Shown: in pieces, positions 19,801-29,978 of the stretch
How the letters are laid out: each line of letters begins with the position of its first letter
Numbering within the stretch: the first letter of the stretch is position 1
DNA from: Trichomonas gallinae
Lineage: Eukaryota
Length of the DNA stretch: 48,569 nt
Assembly: GCA_008369845.1 (NCBI GenBank)
Contig: MRSU01006998.1
Span: 1-48,569 of the forward strand
Direction: 5' to 3'
Made by a program: the position numbers and the translations under genes
Notes under the pieces: model-generated
Told to the model about the DNA's origin: nothing
The model's database searches: none
What the model saw: only the letters and a program-made list of their open reading frames with translations

Positions 19801-20998
19801 AAGAAGCGCAAACTGGTGCAGATCTGTCATCTGTCGTTAAATTGATCGAATCAATGAGGATTTTGAGGTACTCCTCCTGGTTGTCCAAAGCAATGTGTCC
19901 CAAAGTGATAATTTTCGCTTGGGCTATTAATGATCCATCTTCTGGAGTTGGGCGAAGAATTTCGAGCGGCAGCTTCATCTGGTAGAATGCTGGGATTGTG
20001 CGGTACTTTGTGATGTCAAGATCGCAGTGATCGGCCTGTAATGCTGTTTTTACTGAAATTCCGAGGAGATTTTCGTTCTTGATTTCGTAGATGACGGAGA
20101 ATGAGTTAGACGAGACTCCTAAGATCTGGAAAGAGGAGTCAATCTCTTGCTGGATGTGGTTTGCGTGATCTTTAAGAATATTGAGGACAACTAAAGCAAT
20201 TCCTGAGAGATCAAGATTTGCTGTATCAATATTGTTAACGGAAGACAAAATAAATGAGATAATTGGGATGAATTTTGATGGCTCTTCTTCATTCATGATG
20301 AATTCGATAACTTCCTTCATGAGTACATTTGGATAATGCGTAACGATCGCTGCAATAGACTTGAACAAGAATCTATCGTTTTTCATTTGAATTAAAGTCA
20401 AGAATGAATGTAAAAGTGTTTGCATCCATTCGAGACCCATTCTCTTGAGCTTAGAAATAATAGATGCAAGATGCTCTGAGAAAATTGGGTCAGAAATCGT
20501 AAAGTGGTGAAAGATAGGAGTTGTATCACAGAATTTTTCAAGAGTGTGAAGCGGAATTTCATTGGAAATGAATGCGAATGATGATGCCAAAATTGATGAG
20601 CTCTTGATATCGATTGTAGACTGCATTGCTACGTCAGAGAAAATCTTCCACATGCTTCTAGTGTAGTAAGGCGTGATTTTAAGCAAGAAAAGGCCAGTAG
20701 ACCTGTAAGATGTTAATCTTATGTTACTGGCGTTGTGACTTGCCGCAAAAAGAAGGAATTTAAATATTTCCGTGAAAATTCTCTCGCTTTCTTGTTGTGG
20801 GAATTTGGCGAAATATGCTTGGTTGATATTTGTTTGGATGTACAGCAGCAAATTAGTTATCTCCGAATGATCGGCGTCGTCATCTTGAGCTGCTTGGATT
20901 CGTCGCACGAAATACTCGGCCTCTTGAGCATTGGACTGACCAAGACGCTTGAGAATGTCACCGGCCTCTGGGAGCTTCTCTAGAATCTTCTCAGTCAT
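16874..20998 (-). CDS. Large alpha-helical (HEAT/ARM-like) protein of unknown function, 1374 aa
   Basis: Very long ORF; coding-like composition starts at the ATG at 20998 (MTEKIL). HEAT-like segments such as LLFAASHNASNIRLTSY and LSFNPNDKVYKQS. Confidence 0.75.
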   Translation of the reverse strand: MTEKILEKLPEAGDILKRLGQSNAQEAEYFVRRIQAAQDDDADHSEITNLLLYIQTNINQAYFAKFPQQESERIFTEIFKFLLFAASHNASNIRLTSYRSTGLFLLKITPYYTRSMWKIFSDVAMQSTIDIKSSSILASSFAFISNEIPLHTLEKFCDTTPIFHHFTISDPIFSEHLASIISKLKRMGLEWMQTLLHSFLTLIQMKNDRFLFKSIAAIVTHYPNVLMKEVIEFIMNEEEPSKFIPIISFILSSVNNIDTANLDLSGIALVVLNILKDHANHIQQEIDSSFQILGVSSNSFSVIYEIKNENLLGISVKTALQADHCDLDITKYRTIPAFYQMKLPLEILRPTPEDGSLIAQAKIITLGHIALDNQEEYLKILIDSINLTTDDRSAPVCASLALCINKLIPNLLLSQLFAQIVFQKQQSWYKSFNIMNLIDEVNANTVENLLGPNGIKKVINILYDLSFNPNDKVYKQSPVVLSKFIRSKDLEYLFTKVSSNIDYFDLTTFRRSINLLTVVIKNHPEVETKYYSFIIMCILEGLENFKGDITLVADIFNFLSLFDLSVLNSVQQTHVANYALDIAAASLMMLNGTKPEFGSSAASEIQVALEQDLATKNFDIMNGTDVTQENFLSNLYAVLKLFLALPTECCYLPHQLNLANSLLKIFPQESAKLYEKCWKSMTEQEHFTILNSISPSLATMKDFGAIAVWAHLLLTKLPDSASRFVQARDVLHKLSYYAIQHLEIVPDGVLFVFVRYECTVVADINAIVPLISQMPQNRRDKMLYKLYNDYPDAYRRLMGNTTPPIIIEEINSMRSRPNLNIQYNVDFKFDYTLDLNCPHIVTQLKNNTFEFNQQILQMLALHYCRFSNNVALRVLLNYASRAKILLDFDPNYVPHSLLSMVIQYMRIIKSPKGPDFVNKSLSLSHSREVSITSASVIQNSFIKEVNKDGIKKKGITKVLYAISKVALPQKDVFQFVLDCLDPQARPKRFLTALTLATVACHLIPKIDPVWVDNIVKKLQSMQDLNVSVLVRFVSAATGKIMTSQTLFDFLKNKVADWAGQRTVESCIAYTALLPLETNQKLLEKTMNDNTQNYISAINPSLFSNGVKYLNACITKSKDGVADSLIKNIKLQTIMQRYTEFEKLPFIPENVVLFYSNIMTRPALVQYQKTLLKSFESIMPSPASAAFPAMSVIVPKMIAIGDGDFAKRALAFSDKLNTKPASLFLMRCQIQIIREEASKLKSFDTFILDMATEFLTRAHKFDGPYMSDILFEYISFITESLGFTDGVQFVVLQFHKYIPRFTSLFVALARLYNKVDEEKKSLILSLLPTVLVTKAHRVAIQCIGNKQKMAEALKLATYEYDCPQSDAIIQKLSTM

Positions 20999-21574
20999 TT
21001 TTTTTTGGAACTTTTTTGCAAAATTTTTTTTAGCCTTAAAAACAATGAAAATGGCATCTTCATTAAAAATAAATATGTTTTGTTGCTTCATTTTTGCATG
21101 TCTGCAATGTTTGGAATTCACGACATTTCTTCGCATGCGAAAACGTGCTTCACAGATATGTAAATAGTCTATATTGTAGTTTTTGGATCTTATATCATCA
21201 TCCAAAAGACAAGAGAAAACGATAATGGAAAAAACAATAATATTTTCGGCAAAAATCAAATATAGTTTTATGAATGACATTATGTAAGTCAAACGATCGA
21301 AATGGCAATAATAAATTGCAATGAAAAATCAATTTTTCGAAATCATAAGATAAATCATTAAAAACACGTATTGATTTATCATTAGAATATTCTATCGATT
21401 GTATATGAATTATATTCTTAATCAGCATGCTGTATGATACAATATTTCGATTGAGATTTCATGATGAATTCTATTTAAGAGAAAATATTAATATTTTTCA
21501 GCATCCATTAAGCAATTCAATGAATATTATTGAATGTTGGAAATATATATATATTTTGAAAATCATTTTTTAAG

Positions 21575-21876
21575 CGATAATATGTTCTATTATTCTAATT
21601 CTAACATTTAAAATCTCTATATATTATAACAATATAATTAAAAATGCTCTAAATTAGAAAAATAGATCGAAATTAAAATTCAATCGGCATTATGTCTTAT
21701 CATTCTAGTACTAGGATTTTTATGCACTATATATGATATTAATACTATTAAAAATGCTATAAATTTGATACGAAAATAGAAAATAAAAGACAATCGACAA
21801 TGTGTTTTATAACTCTAGTGTTAGAATATACATTATGTGTATATGATATAAATACTGTTAAAAGTGTTATAAATTA
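21575..21876. repeat. Diverged AT-rich tandem repeat, period 110 bp, about 3 units
   Basis: ttaaaa(a/g)tg(c/t)t(c/a)taaatt recurs at 21638, 21748 and 21858; the caatcg(g/a)ca and tctagt blocks also recur. Confidence 0.7.
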
Positions 21877-22038
21877 CAAAAAATATTCTTCGAATAATAA
21901 AGTTAAGCGTTAAGTACCATTTTTTCTTGAGTTTTCCGATTAATCGTGTCACAGAAGTCCAAAATTCGAATTTTTCGTTTGTAAACTAGTTTACTAACGT
22001 AAGATTTTGTAATTTTTTTTTTTTTTTCTTACAAAAAT

Positions 22039-23280
22039 ATGTCTGATTTCTTTGATCCTCTTCCACCTGATGCTCCTCCAGAGCCCATTGGCAGCTATAT
22101 CACTTCTTCAGCACGTATGAGCTCGCCTGGCCCAGGTGCATATTCAACAAGACGCGATTTCAATGCTGAAATTCCAAGAATCAAGATAAAAGGGAGATAT
22201 GAGGAAAAAATATATGTAAACAATGCCCCTTACTCGAATATTCCTACTACAATCGGAACAGGCAGAAAATGGACAATGAAAGGTAGAACGAAATTGAGTG
22301 AGCCAGAATCTACACCGGGACCATATGATTATTCGAGGCCACTTGGCTCAGACTCACCTAAAATCTCAATCCACACTAAATCTGAAGTCCAAAAGGTCGA
22401 TGTTGGACCAGGTCCAGGTGAATACAAGGTTACTACTGATTTTGGTGATCCAAGGAAAGGTCCGAGGTTCCATGGACCTAGCGAAAGGTCCATGCCAGTC
22501 AAAAGTGATACGCCAGGACCAGGAACTTACATGGTTCGCGCTCCACAAACAGCACGCGGCGGAAGAATCGGCCAGAGAACATACAAAGAGCACTATGATG
22601 ACACACCAGGTCCAGGACAATATAGCACACCACGCTTATCTCCTAATCGCAACAAAGGATATATTGGGCAAGTTATTACTCATTCTGTTGATATAACAGG
22701 CCCAGGACCGGCAACATACAACACAGACACGAAGATGTTAGCTAATGTTCCTAGAATTTACATGCACGGAAGGACGAAAGAACATGTTGATGTTACCACA
22801 GCTCCTTACAACGACACAAGGCCACGTAATTCAAGCCCGAAGTACTCCATGAGATCAAGGTACTACACTACAACAGAAACAACGCCAGGAGTTAACTACG
22901 TTCCGCCTGAATTCGGCAAAGACCTCCCTGCTGTTAAGATTTCTGGCTCAAGGCGCGAAAAATCCGTTGAAACGACTGGCCCAGGACCTGGTGCTTATCA
23001 AATCTCGAAGAGTTTTGGGAGTGATGCAATCAAATCTACTTTCCATGGACCGAGGACAAGGGGAATTCAAACTGCTAACACAGAAACCACACCAAGTCCA
23101 GCCGATTATTCCTATAATCTCAACGGAATTAGAGCTTCAAGTCCTAAAGTCACAATTGGACGCAGATATGGAACTGAAAAGTATCAGCAGACAGGGGAAT
23201 ACGTGCAATTACAGTCTACACTCAGAGGACCAAAGTATTCAATGCGCCCAAGAGCTACTCTCGATATTTGCTACGGATGA
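22039..23280 (+). CDS. SHIPPO (PGP)-repeat axonemal protein, ODF3/CIMAP1-like, 413 aa
   Basis: Many PGPGxY repeats (SPGPGAY, GPGPGEY, TPGPGTY, TPGPGQY, GPGPATY, GPGPGAY) followed by P(K/R)xS/T-type spacers. Confidence 0.85.
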   Translation: MSDFFDPLPPDAPPEPIGSYITSSARMSSPGPGAYSTRRDFNAEIPRIKIKGRYEEKIYVNNAPYSNIPTTIGTGRKWTMKGRTKLSEPESTPGPYDYSRPLGSDSPKISIHTKSEVQKVDVGPGPGEYKVTTDFGDPRKGPRFHGPSERSMPVKSDTPGPGTYMVRAPQTARGGRIGQRTYKEHYDDTPGPGQYSTPRLSPNRNKGYIGQVITHSVDITGPGPATYNTDTKMLANVPRIYMHGRTKEHVDVTTAPYNDTRPRNSSPKYSMRSRYYTTTETTPGVNYVPPEFGKDLPAVKISGSRREKSVETTGPGPGAYQISKSFGSDAIKSTFHGPRTRGIQTANTETTPSPADYSYNLNGIRASSPKVTIGRRYGTEKYQQTGEYVQLQSTLRGPKYSMRPRATLDICYG

Positions 23281-23848
23281 AATATTTTTCATTACCAAAA
23301 TTGTGTTTAAATTTTATTTTTCTTCGCTACAATTAGAAATGTGCCTGTTCATTAATATACTTTATGCTAATAATGATAATTTATCAATATTTTGATTCTA
23401 GAATTTTTGAAACTTATGTAGTATGTAGATCATAGCCTTCTAAAGATTTCTGACAGATCATCTTTTAAAAATAGATCATTTTGCATGTAATCTTTAGATA
23501 TAAATAACATAATGGGAAAATTGCAAAACACCGGTCATATAAGTTGTCTGAGACAAAAAATCAAAAAAAAAAATTTCAAATTTGATTCCAAATTAAAATG
23601 AAAAATATTCATATATCTGTTAAAATTAGTTTTGCTATATCTAACGTTCAAAAACCAATTTCTGAGATGAAAATAATCTTACAATTTTCCAGCCCCTTGG
23701 CATATGCAGTTTGGGAACCTCATGATTTGGGAATTTGAAGCTGCATGAATATATTAAACAAAATTTAAATTCGATATATAAGAATATAAAATGATGAATG
23801 ATAAATAATTCATGGATAATATTTAATAAACAAACAAAAATGTATGAA

Positions 23849-24637
23849 TTATTGCTTCTTTTGGAAATTTCTTCTTGGAGATTTTGCTTTTCGAATTTCA
23901 TTTGGCTCAGAAGGCTTCAAAACCTCCGAAATTCTTTGTGCTGATAGTTCGGCGTGTTTAAGATGATTTTCTATTTCTTTCTGAGTCTTTTTGATCTTTA
24001 ATTCAATTTCTTCACACTCAAGAGTGCAAAAATGGAATTTTGGATTCGTTTCCCTGGGATCTGGCTTATACGCAGTTCGCATAATATCCTTAGGGACTTT
24101 CAAATAATTTGGCTTGAGTGTAGACTGAGAATTCTGTAGAGTATTTTTGCGAATTTTAATTTTTCGATGTAGTGTTGATCTATAGGTGTCAACTGGTCCA
24201 ATTAGTGAACTTGTATTCGGTATTCTAGTCATTCTTCCGCTTGTTTCATCAGGACCTTTGTAACGAATCTTATTAACTTCAATTTTTGGATCTGGTTTGG
24301 TATTATTCCTTCTTTCTCTGTAAAATTTGAAACTGTGTGTTCTACGGAACTCATTGTCTTCAAGAGTTGCTTCTTCTTTTTGATTTGCTTGAAACTCAAA
24401 ATTTACTTGTTCAAGAGTAGCTTCTAATGGGTCGATAGGTTTAACATAGTTAATATTTACTCTTCTTTTAGGTTTTTTCGTATCTTCTGGTTCAGATATT
24501 ATAACTGGATGAATAAATAACGAACGATTTTGCTCATGCTCTTTCTGAATGTATGCATTCCAATCCTCGTATAGTTTTATAGTATTACTACAATGCTCGA
24601 GAATATCATCACCTCTTTGAAGAATGAACTCGCTCAT
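23849..24637 (-). CDS. Hypothetical basic protein with a C-terminal coiled coil, 262 aa
   Basis: ATG-initiated ORF with coding-like composition. Confidence 0.7.
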   Translation of the reverse strand: MSEFILQRGDDILEHCSNTIKLYEDWNAYIQKEHEQNRSLFIHPVIISEPEDTKKPKRRVNINYVKPIDPLEATLEQVNFEFQANQKEEATLEDNEFRRTHSFKFYRERRNNTKPDPKIEVNKIRYKGPDETSGRMTRIPNTSSLIGPVDTYRSTLHRKIKIRKNTLQNSQSTLKPNYLKVPKDIMRTAYKPDPRETNPKFHFCTLECEEIELKIKKTQKEIENHLKHAELSAQRISEVLKPSEPNEIRKAKSPRRNFQKKQ

Positions 24638-25043
24638 TTATATTATTTTGAACTTTTGATCATTATAAAGTCTATTCAAAATCAACTATATGCATGCTAT
24701 TTAAGCAAATAACTGCAAGATGAAAAAAAATTATGAATTTTTGATTAATTGCGTTTATTTCTATGATATTTATTAGAAAAAAGTGAAACTATAGATATAT
24801 AAGGCTTGATTATGTGCTTGATTTTGCACAAAATTTTGGTAATATTGATTCTGAAGAATTATAATTTTTTTAAAGAAAATGAGCAATAAATATTGAAGAA
24901 TGAAGGTTCAATAATATGTATATCAAAGAAAAATGATTAGTTTTGGATAATTTGTCAAATCTGGGAAATTTTTGGCATGTTTATGCGTAAAAAGTGAAAT
25001 ATATAGCATACGCAGGTTGTTTTTAGAAGTTTAGAGCATTAAA

Positions 25044-26027
25044 ATGTCACTTTTCACAATGAAGTCAATTAAAGAATGGTCCAAGCAAGTTGAAGAAATA
25101 ACTCTAAGTAAGATCAAAGAAGTCTGCTATGAAGACGAACTGAGGTCTTTGTTTGAAGATCCGAGCTCAAAAATCAATAATTTGGAAAGAATATTAAATA
25201 ATCCATACGAAGTTAAGCCAGGATCACTATCACAAGAATCACAATCTCTCATACTTCACATGATGGAATCAATGAGAAAGCAAGGAACAAAGCAGTTAGC
25301 AATAGAACCACCTGAAGAGCAAACATCACCGGCACCAGCTGGATCTGATGAGCAATTATTCTACAAAGATCGTTTGCCAATTCCACGCACGCAAAAATTC
25401 AGAAAAACGCCAGAAGAATTAAGTCAATATCAAAATTATACGAATGAAAGAGATCAACTGCTTATCAAAAAGACAATTTCGATAGATACTGATTTGGCAA
25501 ATACCGAACGTGTTAAAGGAAATGAGTTTTATACTTCTCAGCGTTTCAAAGATGCACTCAGCAAATACTCTAGCGCAATTTGTCATAATCCAAAATATGC
25601 ACCGAACTTTACAAATAGAGCTGCAGCATATATGTTGACAGAACATCCACATATGGCCATCTCTGATTGTCGTCGTGCTTTGTTGCTTCAGCCAGACTTC
25701 GTTAGAGGATACAATCGTATGGCAAGAGCTTACATATGTCTAAATCGTATTTTAGAAGCAATTGATATAATGAGCGAAGCAAAAGAGGTTCTAAAGTATA
25801 ATGCCAATATCAGTCAGCTTTATAAAGCCATAGATGACTGTTTGAAACAGTCTGTTCAAAATACAAACATTAATAAGGTATTAAGTCGATTCTTCTTCGA
25901 ACTCGATTCAAATGAATTCACATCCAGTCCTAAATTATTGCAGCTGCTATTTGATTATGATATTATTTCAATTAATCTAAGAGATGTTCATGATAATTTA
26001 TTATTATTATTAGATAAGCTAGCATGA
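25044..26027 (+). CDS. TPR-domain protein (Hsp70/Hsp90 co-chaperone-type TPR), 327 aa
   Basis: KGNEFY...ALSKYSSAI..NP...NFTNRAAAY...AISDCRRAL.LQPDFVRGYNRMARAY, i.e. three TPRs carrying carboxylate-clamp-type residues. Confidence 0.85.
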   Translation: MSLFTMKSIKEWSKQVEEITLSKIKEVCYEDELRSLFEDPSSKINNLERILNNPYEVKPGSLSQESQSLILHMMESMRKQGTKQLAIEPPEEQTSPAPAGSDEQLFYKDRLPIPRTQKFRKTPEELSQYQNYTNERDQLLIKKTISIDTDLANTERVKGNEFYTSQRFKDALSKYSSAICHNPKYAPNFTNRAAAYMLTEHPHMAISDCRRALLLQPDFVRGYNRMARAYICLNRILEAIDIMSEAKEVLKYNANISQLYKAIDDCLKQSVQNTNINKVLSRFFFELDSNEFTSSPKLLQLLFDYDIISINLRDVHDNLLLLLDKLA

Positions 26028-26536
26028 AGAAGCCTTTATGATTATATTAACAAAGTGTTGGGTCTTAGCATTGCATATTTTGCGTTAAAACAAAAAAAAA
26101 ATACTATAGATTCAGAGGTTTTCGAAGATGCCTCTAGTCTTTCTGTCCTATAATATTATTGTTTGTATTTTAAACGAGGCAATTCTTTATTGATCGATAT
26201 TTAATATTAATGTCTAGATTTTCAAAATTCTTTTGGCTTCTTGAAAACACAGATACTCCTGTCCATCTTCCAAGGATAGCATTATAATTTAAATTTATCG
26301 ACTTTTTAAACATGAATTAGCAAGAATATATATGATTTATTCAAGAGAAAATTCATGATTTGTTGCCTGAAAACTCTCATCATTTTATTTTAAAAATTAG
26401 AGTATTTTAAAACATGTATTAATATAATTTGGAATGTAGATATGTGATTTCTATAAAAGAAAGATTTCATGATTTGGAATTTTGATATAAAATACATAGA
26501 AATTCTATATTTTTTAAGCTACAAACAATCATTATA

Positions 26537-27289
26537 TTACTCTATTAAAGGTGTTGCTCCATAAATGAAACTTTCAATTAATCCTTCATTTGTTCCCATC
26601 TTAATATGCATTGTCCCGTTGATTCCCCAGCTGGTTCCGTATTGGTTCAGTAATATCCAGTATTCGACGCCATTTTCCTTTCCCCAGCCGATTAATTCGA
26701 CAGCATGGTTTCCTGCTTCGATATAGCCCTTATGGCTGGATTCGTATATTCCTCCACGGTAAGATGCGAATTGTCTATCTGTTGCAATTGAAGCGCTGAC
26801 CGGTCCATAAAGATATACAGCTTTTTTGATTGCTTCGACGCCTACGTAGCGTGTTGTACTTCCATAGACAGATCTATAAAGTTTAAATGGTTCTTTTGTT
26901 GAACATTTCGAACAATATTGAATATTATAATCTTGGCGGCCTTCAAAAGGATGACAACGCTGATTTGTTAGTCCATGTTGTTCCATGAAGTAAAATACGC
27001 TTCTTTCGCAGCCACCAACGCATCCGTTATCTGCTGTATCGCAAGCAACGATATATTGTGAAGATAAGAGCGTTTGCTTTCCTGTGGCACGACAGAAACG
27101 GTGACTCATAGCTTTAAGAGCGCCGTAAGCATAGCAGCAGCCACATTCTTGTGTAATTGGCCCGAAATCGCAGTGCGGATAAGCTTCTAAGAAATTATAG
27201 CTCTCAGGGAGGTCAACCTTGACATCACTCAGATTTGTAGAATATCCTCGTGGAGAAAATAAACAAACCTGATTAATCAAGAAAAACAT
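26537..27289 (-). CDS. Papain-family (clan CA, C1A) cathepsin B-like cysteine peptidase, 250 aa
   Basis: LPESYNF mature start, QECGCCYAY (oxyanion Q and catalytic C), GCVGG, NHAVELIGWG (H), WILLNQYGTSWG (N). Confidence 0.9.
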   Translation of the reverse strand: MFFLINQVCLFSPRGYSTNLSDVKVDLPESYNFLEAYPHCDFGPITQECGCCYAYGALKAMSHRFCRATGKQTLLSSQYIVACDTADNGCVGGCERSVFYFMEQHGLTNQRCHPFEGRQDYNIQYCSKCSTKEPFKLYRSVYGSTTRYVGVEAIKKAVYLYGPVSASIATDRQFASYRGGIYESSHKGYIEAGNHAVELIGWGKENGVEYWILLNQYGTSWGINGTMHIKMGTNEGLIESFIYGATPLIE

Positions 27290-27854
27290 CTAAAATATTA
27301 TGCCAAATAAATTATTTACTTGTCAGATTTATAGATTAGTATTTTTATTTGGCAATTGAGCTTCACTTAGTATCAGAAATCTCAAAAAATTATTATTTTT
27401 TCGAAAAAAAGATACTTAATATTTTCCATATTAAAAATTTCTTTTTCAAAGCCAAATAATGAATTATTTGGATGTATACATACATAGAGTCTTGTATATA
27501 GGGTTGAAATAAAATGCTATTTTTTCATTGGAAAATGGATGTGCTGTTCAATTGCCCTATGTATAAAATGCTTATAGTCAAAGTATTAAGGCTCAAAAAT
27601 TGAAAATCAAAAAGAAAAAAATACATAATTTTTAGGTTGAGAAAAATAAGACTAAATTAGAATTCTATATGCGAGCATGGTAATGAAAAAAGATATTTCG
27701 TACTTGCTTACGTTTAAAAAACCGGTTTTCCAGTAAGTTTGCCGGCTTTTATTGCGACCTTTTTTATTTATTTCAAGAGTTAAATATAATAAACACAAGA
27801 AATGAAATCATTATCATCGTCCAACAAAAAAAATTTTTTTTTTAGTAAAAAAAA

Positions 27855-29228
27855 ATGAGTATTGTTCGTAAGTTCCAAACAACAAAGCTCAGAATAGAGG
27901 GAGTTGAAGTTATTGACTCGCCTGTATACCCTGATCACAGAGGTACACTGTACGAAGCATTTCACTGCCTCAAAGCGGATTTCGATTGCTCTGTTGCCGC
28001 AGTAAACAGCATTTATCCAAAGAGACATCTCGTTTACGGTCCAATGGAAGTATCTGGTGATGAAATCTTCCATGTTATTCGCGGAAAGCTTATCGTTGTC
28101 CTCATCGATCCACATAACCATAAAATCGTCGAATACGTGAACGCTGAGCCAGGAAAGGTTATCAGAATCCCATCTGGTGTCATCCGTGCTTACTTAGCTC
28201 TCGAGGATGACGTTATTTTCAATGTCGTCAGGACATCTGGAAATGGCAACATGCATACCTACAAATTGGATGATCCATCATTCGAAATCAACTGGCCGGA
28301 GTCAGAAAAGCCACTCTCCCAGGCAGAATTTGCTCACGGAGAAAATATCGAAAAACCAAAGATCGATTTCGCAATCATTGGTTGCACAGGTCAGATGGGC
28401 AGCGCCTTCGTACGTGAAATTGAAGCCCGTGGAATGACATGGGCTCCAATTCGTGCTCGTCTCAATCAACATGAGAGAATCAGAAACGAAATTCTTTCAA
28501 TTGACCCACAGATTTCTGTCATTTGCGCTGCTGGCCTTGGTACTAAGCCAAACTCCAAGTGGTGCGATGACCATCATCTTGAGACTCTTGATATTAACGT
28601 TACTTGCTACGTTGCTGTCGCTCGCATCTGCAGGCTCCTTAACAAGCACTGCACATTCCTTGGAACAGCTGCTTTCTACGCTTATGATGATGAACATCCT
28701 ATTGGCGGAAAGGGATTCATTGAAACAGATCCTCCGAATAACATGCCAAACTTCTACTACAAGACACGTTATCTTTTCGAGAAGATTCTCCATGAATCTA
28801 ATTTATACGAGAACGTGCTTAACCTTCGTGGTCTTTATCCAGTCGACCACACCCTTAGAGCATCTTCACTTATTAGCAAGATTCTCAAGTTCGAAACTGT
28901 TTATGATATCCCATCTGCGATCACTGTCCTTAACCCACTTGTTCCACTCGCTCTCGATCTCATCATTAAGAGAGAAGTCGGTAACATTAACTGGGTTACA
29001 GATGGTCCAATCTCGAACGGCGAAATCTTAACACTTTATAAGGAAATTGTTGATCCAAACTTCACATGGAAGGAGAGGAAGCTTTCAGCTAAGGAGTCGT
29101 ATGAAATGGGTAATTGTGCTGCCAATATCATTCCAAAGCGCTTAATTGAATATTTCGGTGATAGAGTGCCAAAGACAAGGGATGCTGTTATCGAAGTTTT
29201 CAAGCTCATTAAGGCTAATAGACAGTAA
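27855..29228 (+). CDS. Fusion of an RmlC-like cupin and an NDP-4-keto-6-deoxyglucose 3,5-epimerase/4-reductase (NRS/ER, UER1-type); rhamnose biosynthesis, 457 aa
   Basis: N-terminus: IEGVEVI..PVYPDHRGTLYE...IRIPSG...DDPSFEINWP (RmlC-like). From about aa 170: IIGCTGQMG, CAAGLGTKPNSKWCDDHHLETLDINV, FIETDPPN..PNFYYKT, LNLR, LISKILKF (NRS/ER-like). Confidence 0.85.
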   Translation: MSIVRKFQTTKLRIEGVEVIDSPVYPDHRGTLYEAFHCLKADFDCSVAAVNSIYPKRHLVYGPMEVSGDEIFHVIRGKLIVVLIDPHNHKIVEYVNAEPGKVIRIPSGVIRAYLALEDDVIFNVVRTSGNGNMHTYKLDDPSFEINWPESEKPLSQAEFAHGENIEKPKIDFAIIGCTGQMGSAFVREIEARGMTWAPIRARLNQHERIRNEILSIDPQISVICAAGLGTKPNSKWCDDHHLETLDINVTCYVAVARICRLLNKHCTFLGTAAFYAYDDEHPIGGKGFIETDPPNNMPNFYYKTRYLFEKILHESNLYENVLNLRGLYPVDHTLRASSLISKILKFETVYDIPSAITVLNPLVPLALDLIIKREVGNINWVTDGPISNGEILTLYKEIVDPNFTWKERKLSAKESYEMGNCAANIIPKRLIEYFGDRVPKTRDAVIEVFKLIKANRQ

Positions 29229-29978
29229 TTTGGCCGTTTTTTTAAAGTTTTCGAATAAATTTTTTTCTAATAATTTCATGCGATTGATGATTTTTGATAG
29301 ATTTATTTCAACATATGAATCCTAGTGCATGTATCGAAACAAAAACATTGTCAATGTATTTTTATTCCAACACGTTTTCTCAGAACAAGAGAATAAAAAA
29401 ATGTCAGCTAATGAAGATTACCCATTCAATGGAAAATGAGTTAAAGTGAAAATAAGAAGTCTTGTTTTATTATTTATTTGAGCGGTCTATTTAATATTTA
29501 TTCATTAAAATCGAAAAATAATGAACATCATTCATGAATTTACATGTTAAATAATATCATCGCTTACTTTACGTGTCAAAAACATGAAATGTTGAAAATA
29601 TCTGATATTGATGGTTTATTATAAATGGCTCCATAATATTTATGCCTTGTCTGTAATGGAACTTCATTTAGAAAAAACACGTATTATGGAAAGAACTGAA
29701 AATATATCAGCCCAAACTTTGCATAGTAATACTTTTAGTATACTAATAAAGTTTGGTACAATAAATGTTTACTTAAATTGGTTGGTAGACCTCAAATTAG
29801 AGCATTTCTCAATTAAAATATTTGATATATAATATCATCATTCATTCAACAGTTTTGTTTCAGCATATATATTACTGATGAGTTTCGGTTTTATCATAGA
29901 TATTTTCATCCTTTATTTATAACTTCTTTTATGTGCGTTTGATAGATCGTAAAATTGGAAATAATTTTGGAAAAAATA

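Noticed and set aside
20999..21292. 98-aa N-terminal extension of the 1472-aa ORF
   Set aside because: Non-ATG start in the track; AT-rich sequence with poly-A/T runs typical of promoter DNA. The ATG at 20998 fits better.
23514..23560. gggaaaattgcaaaacaccggtc as a Mutator-like terminal inverted repeat
   Set aside because: No matching opposite end, target-site duplication or transposase found in the window.
23641..23901. 86-aa ORF overlapping the end of the 262-aa gene (frameshift or intron?)
   Set aside because: The middle is AT-rich UTR-like sequence and I saw no trichomonad intron signal (ACTAACACACAG-type 3' end).
5415..26153. Stop-codon reassignment (TGA or TAR as sense) suggested by in-frame stops
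   Set aside because: TAA, TAG and TGA all terminate intact genes in this window, and long conserved genes contain no internal stops.
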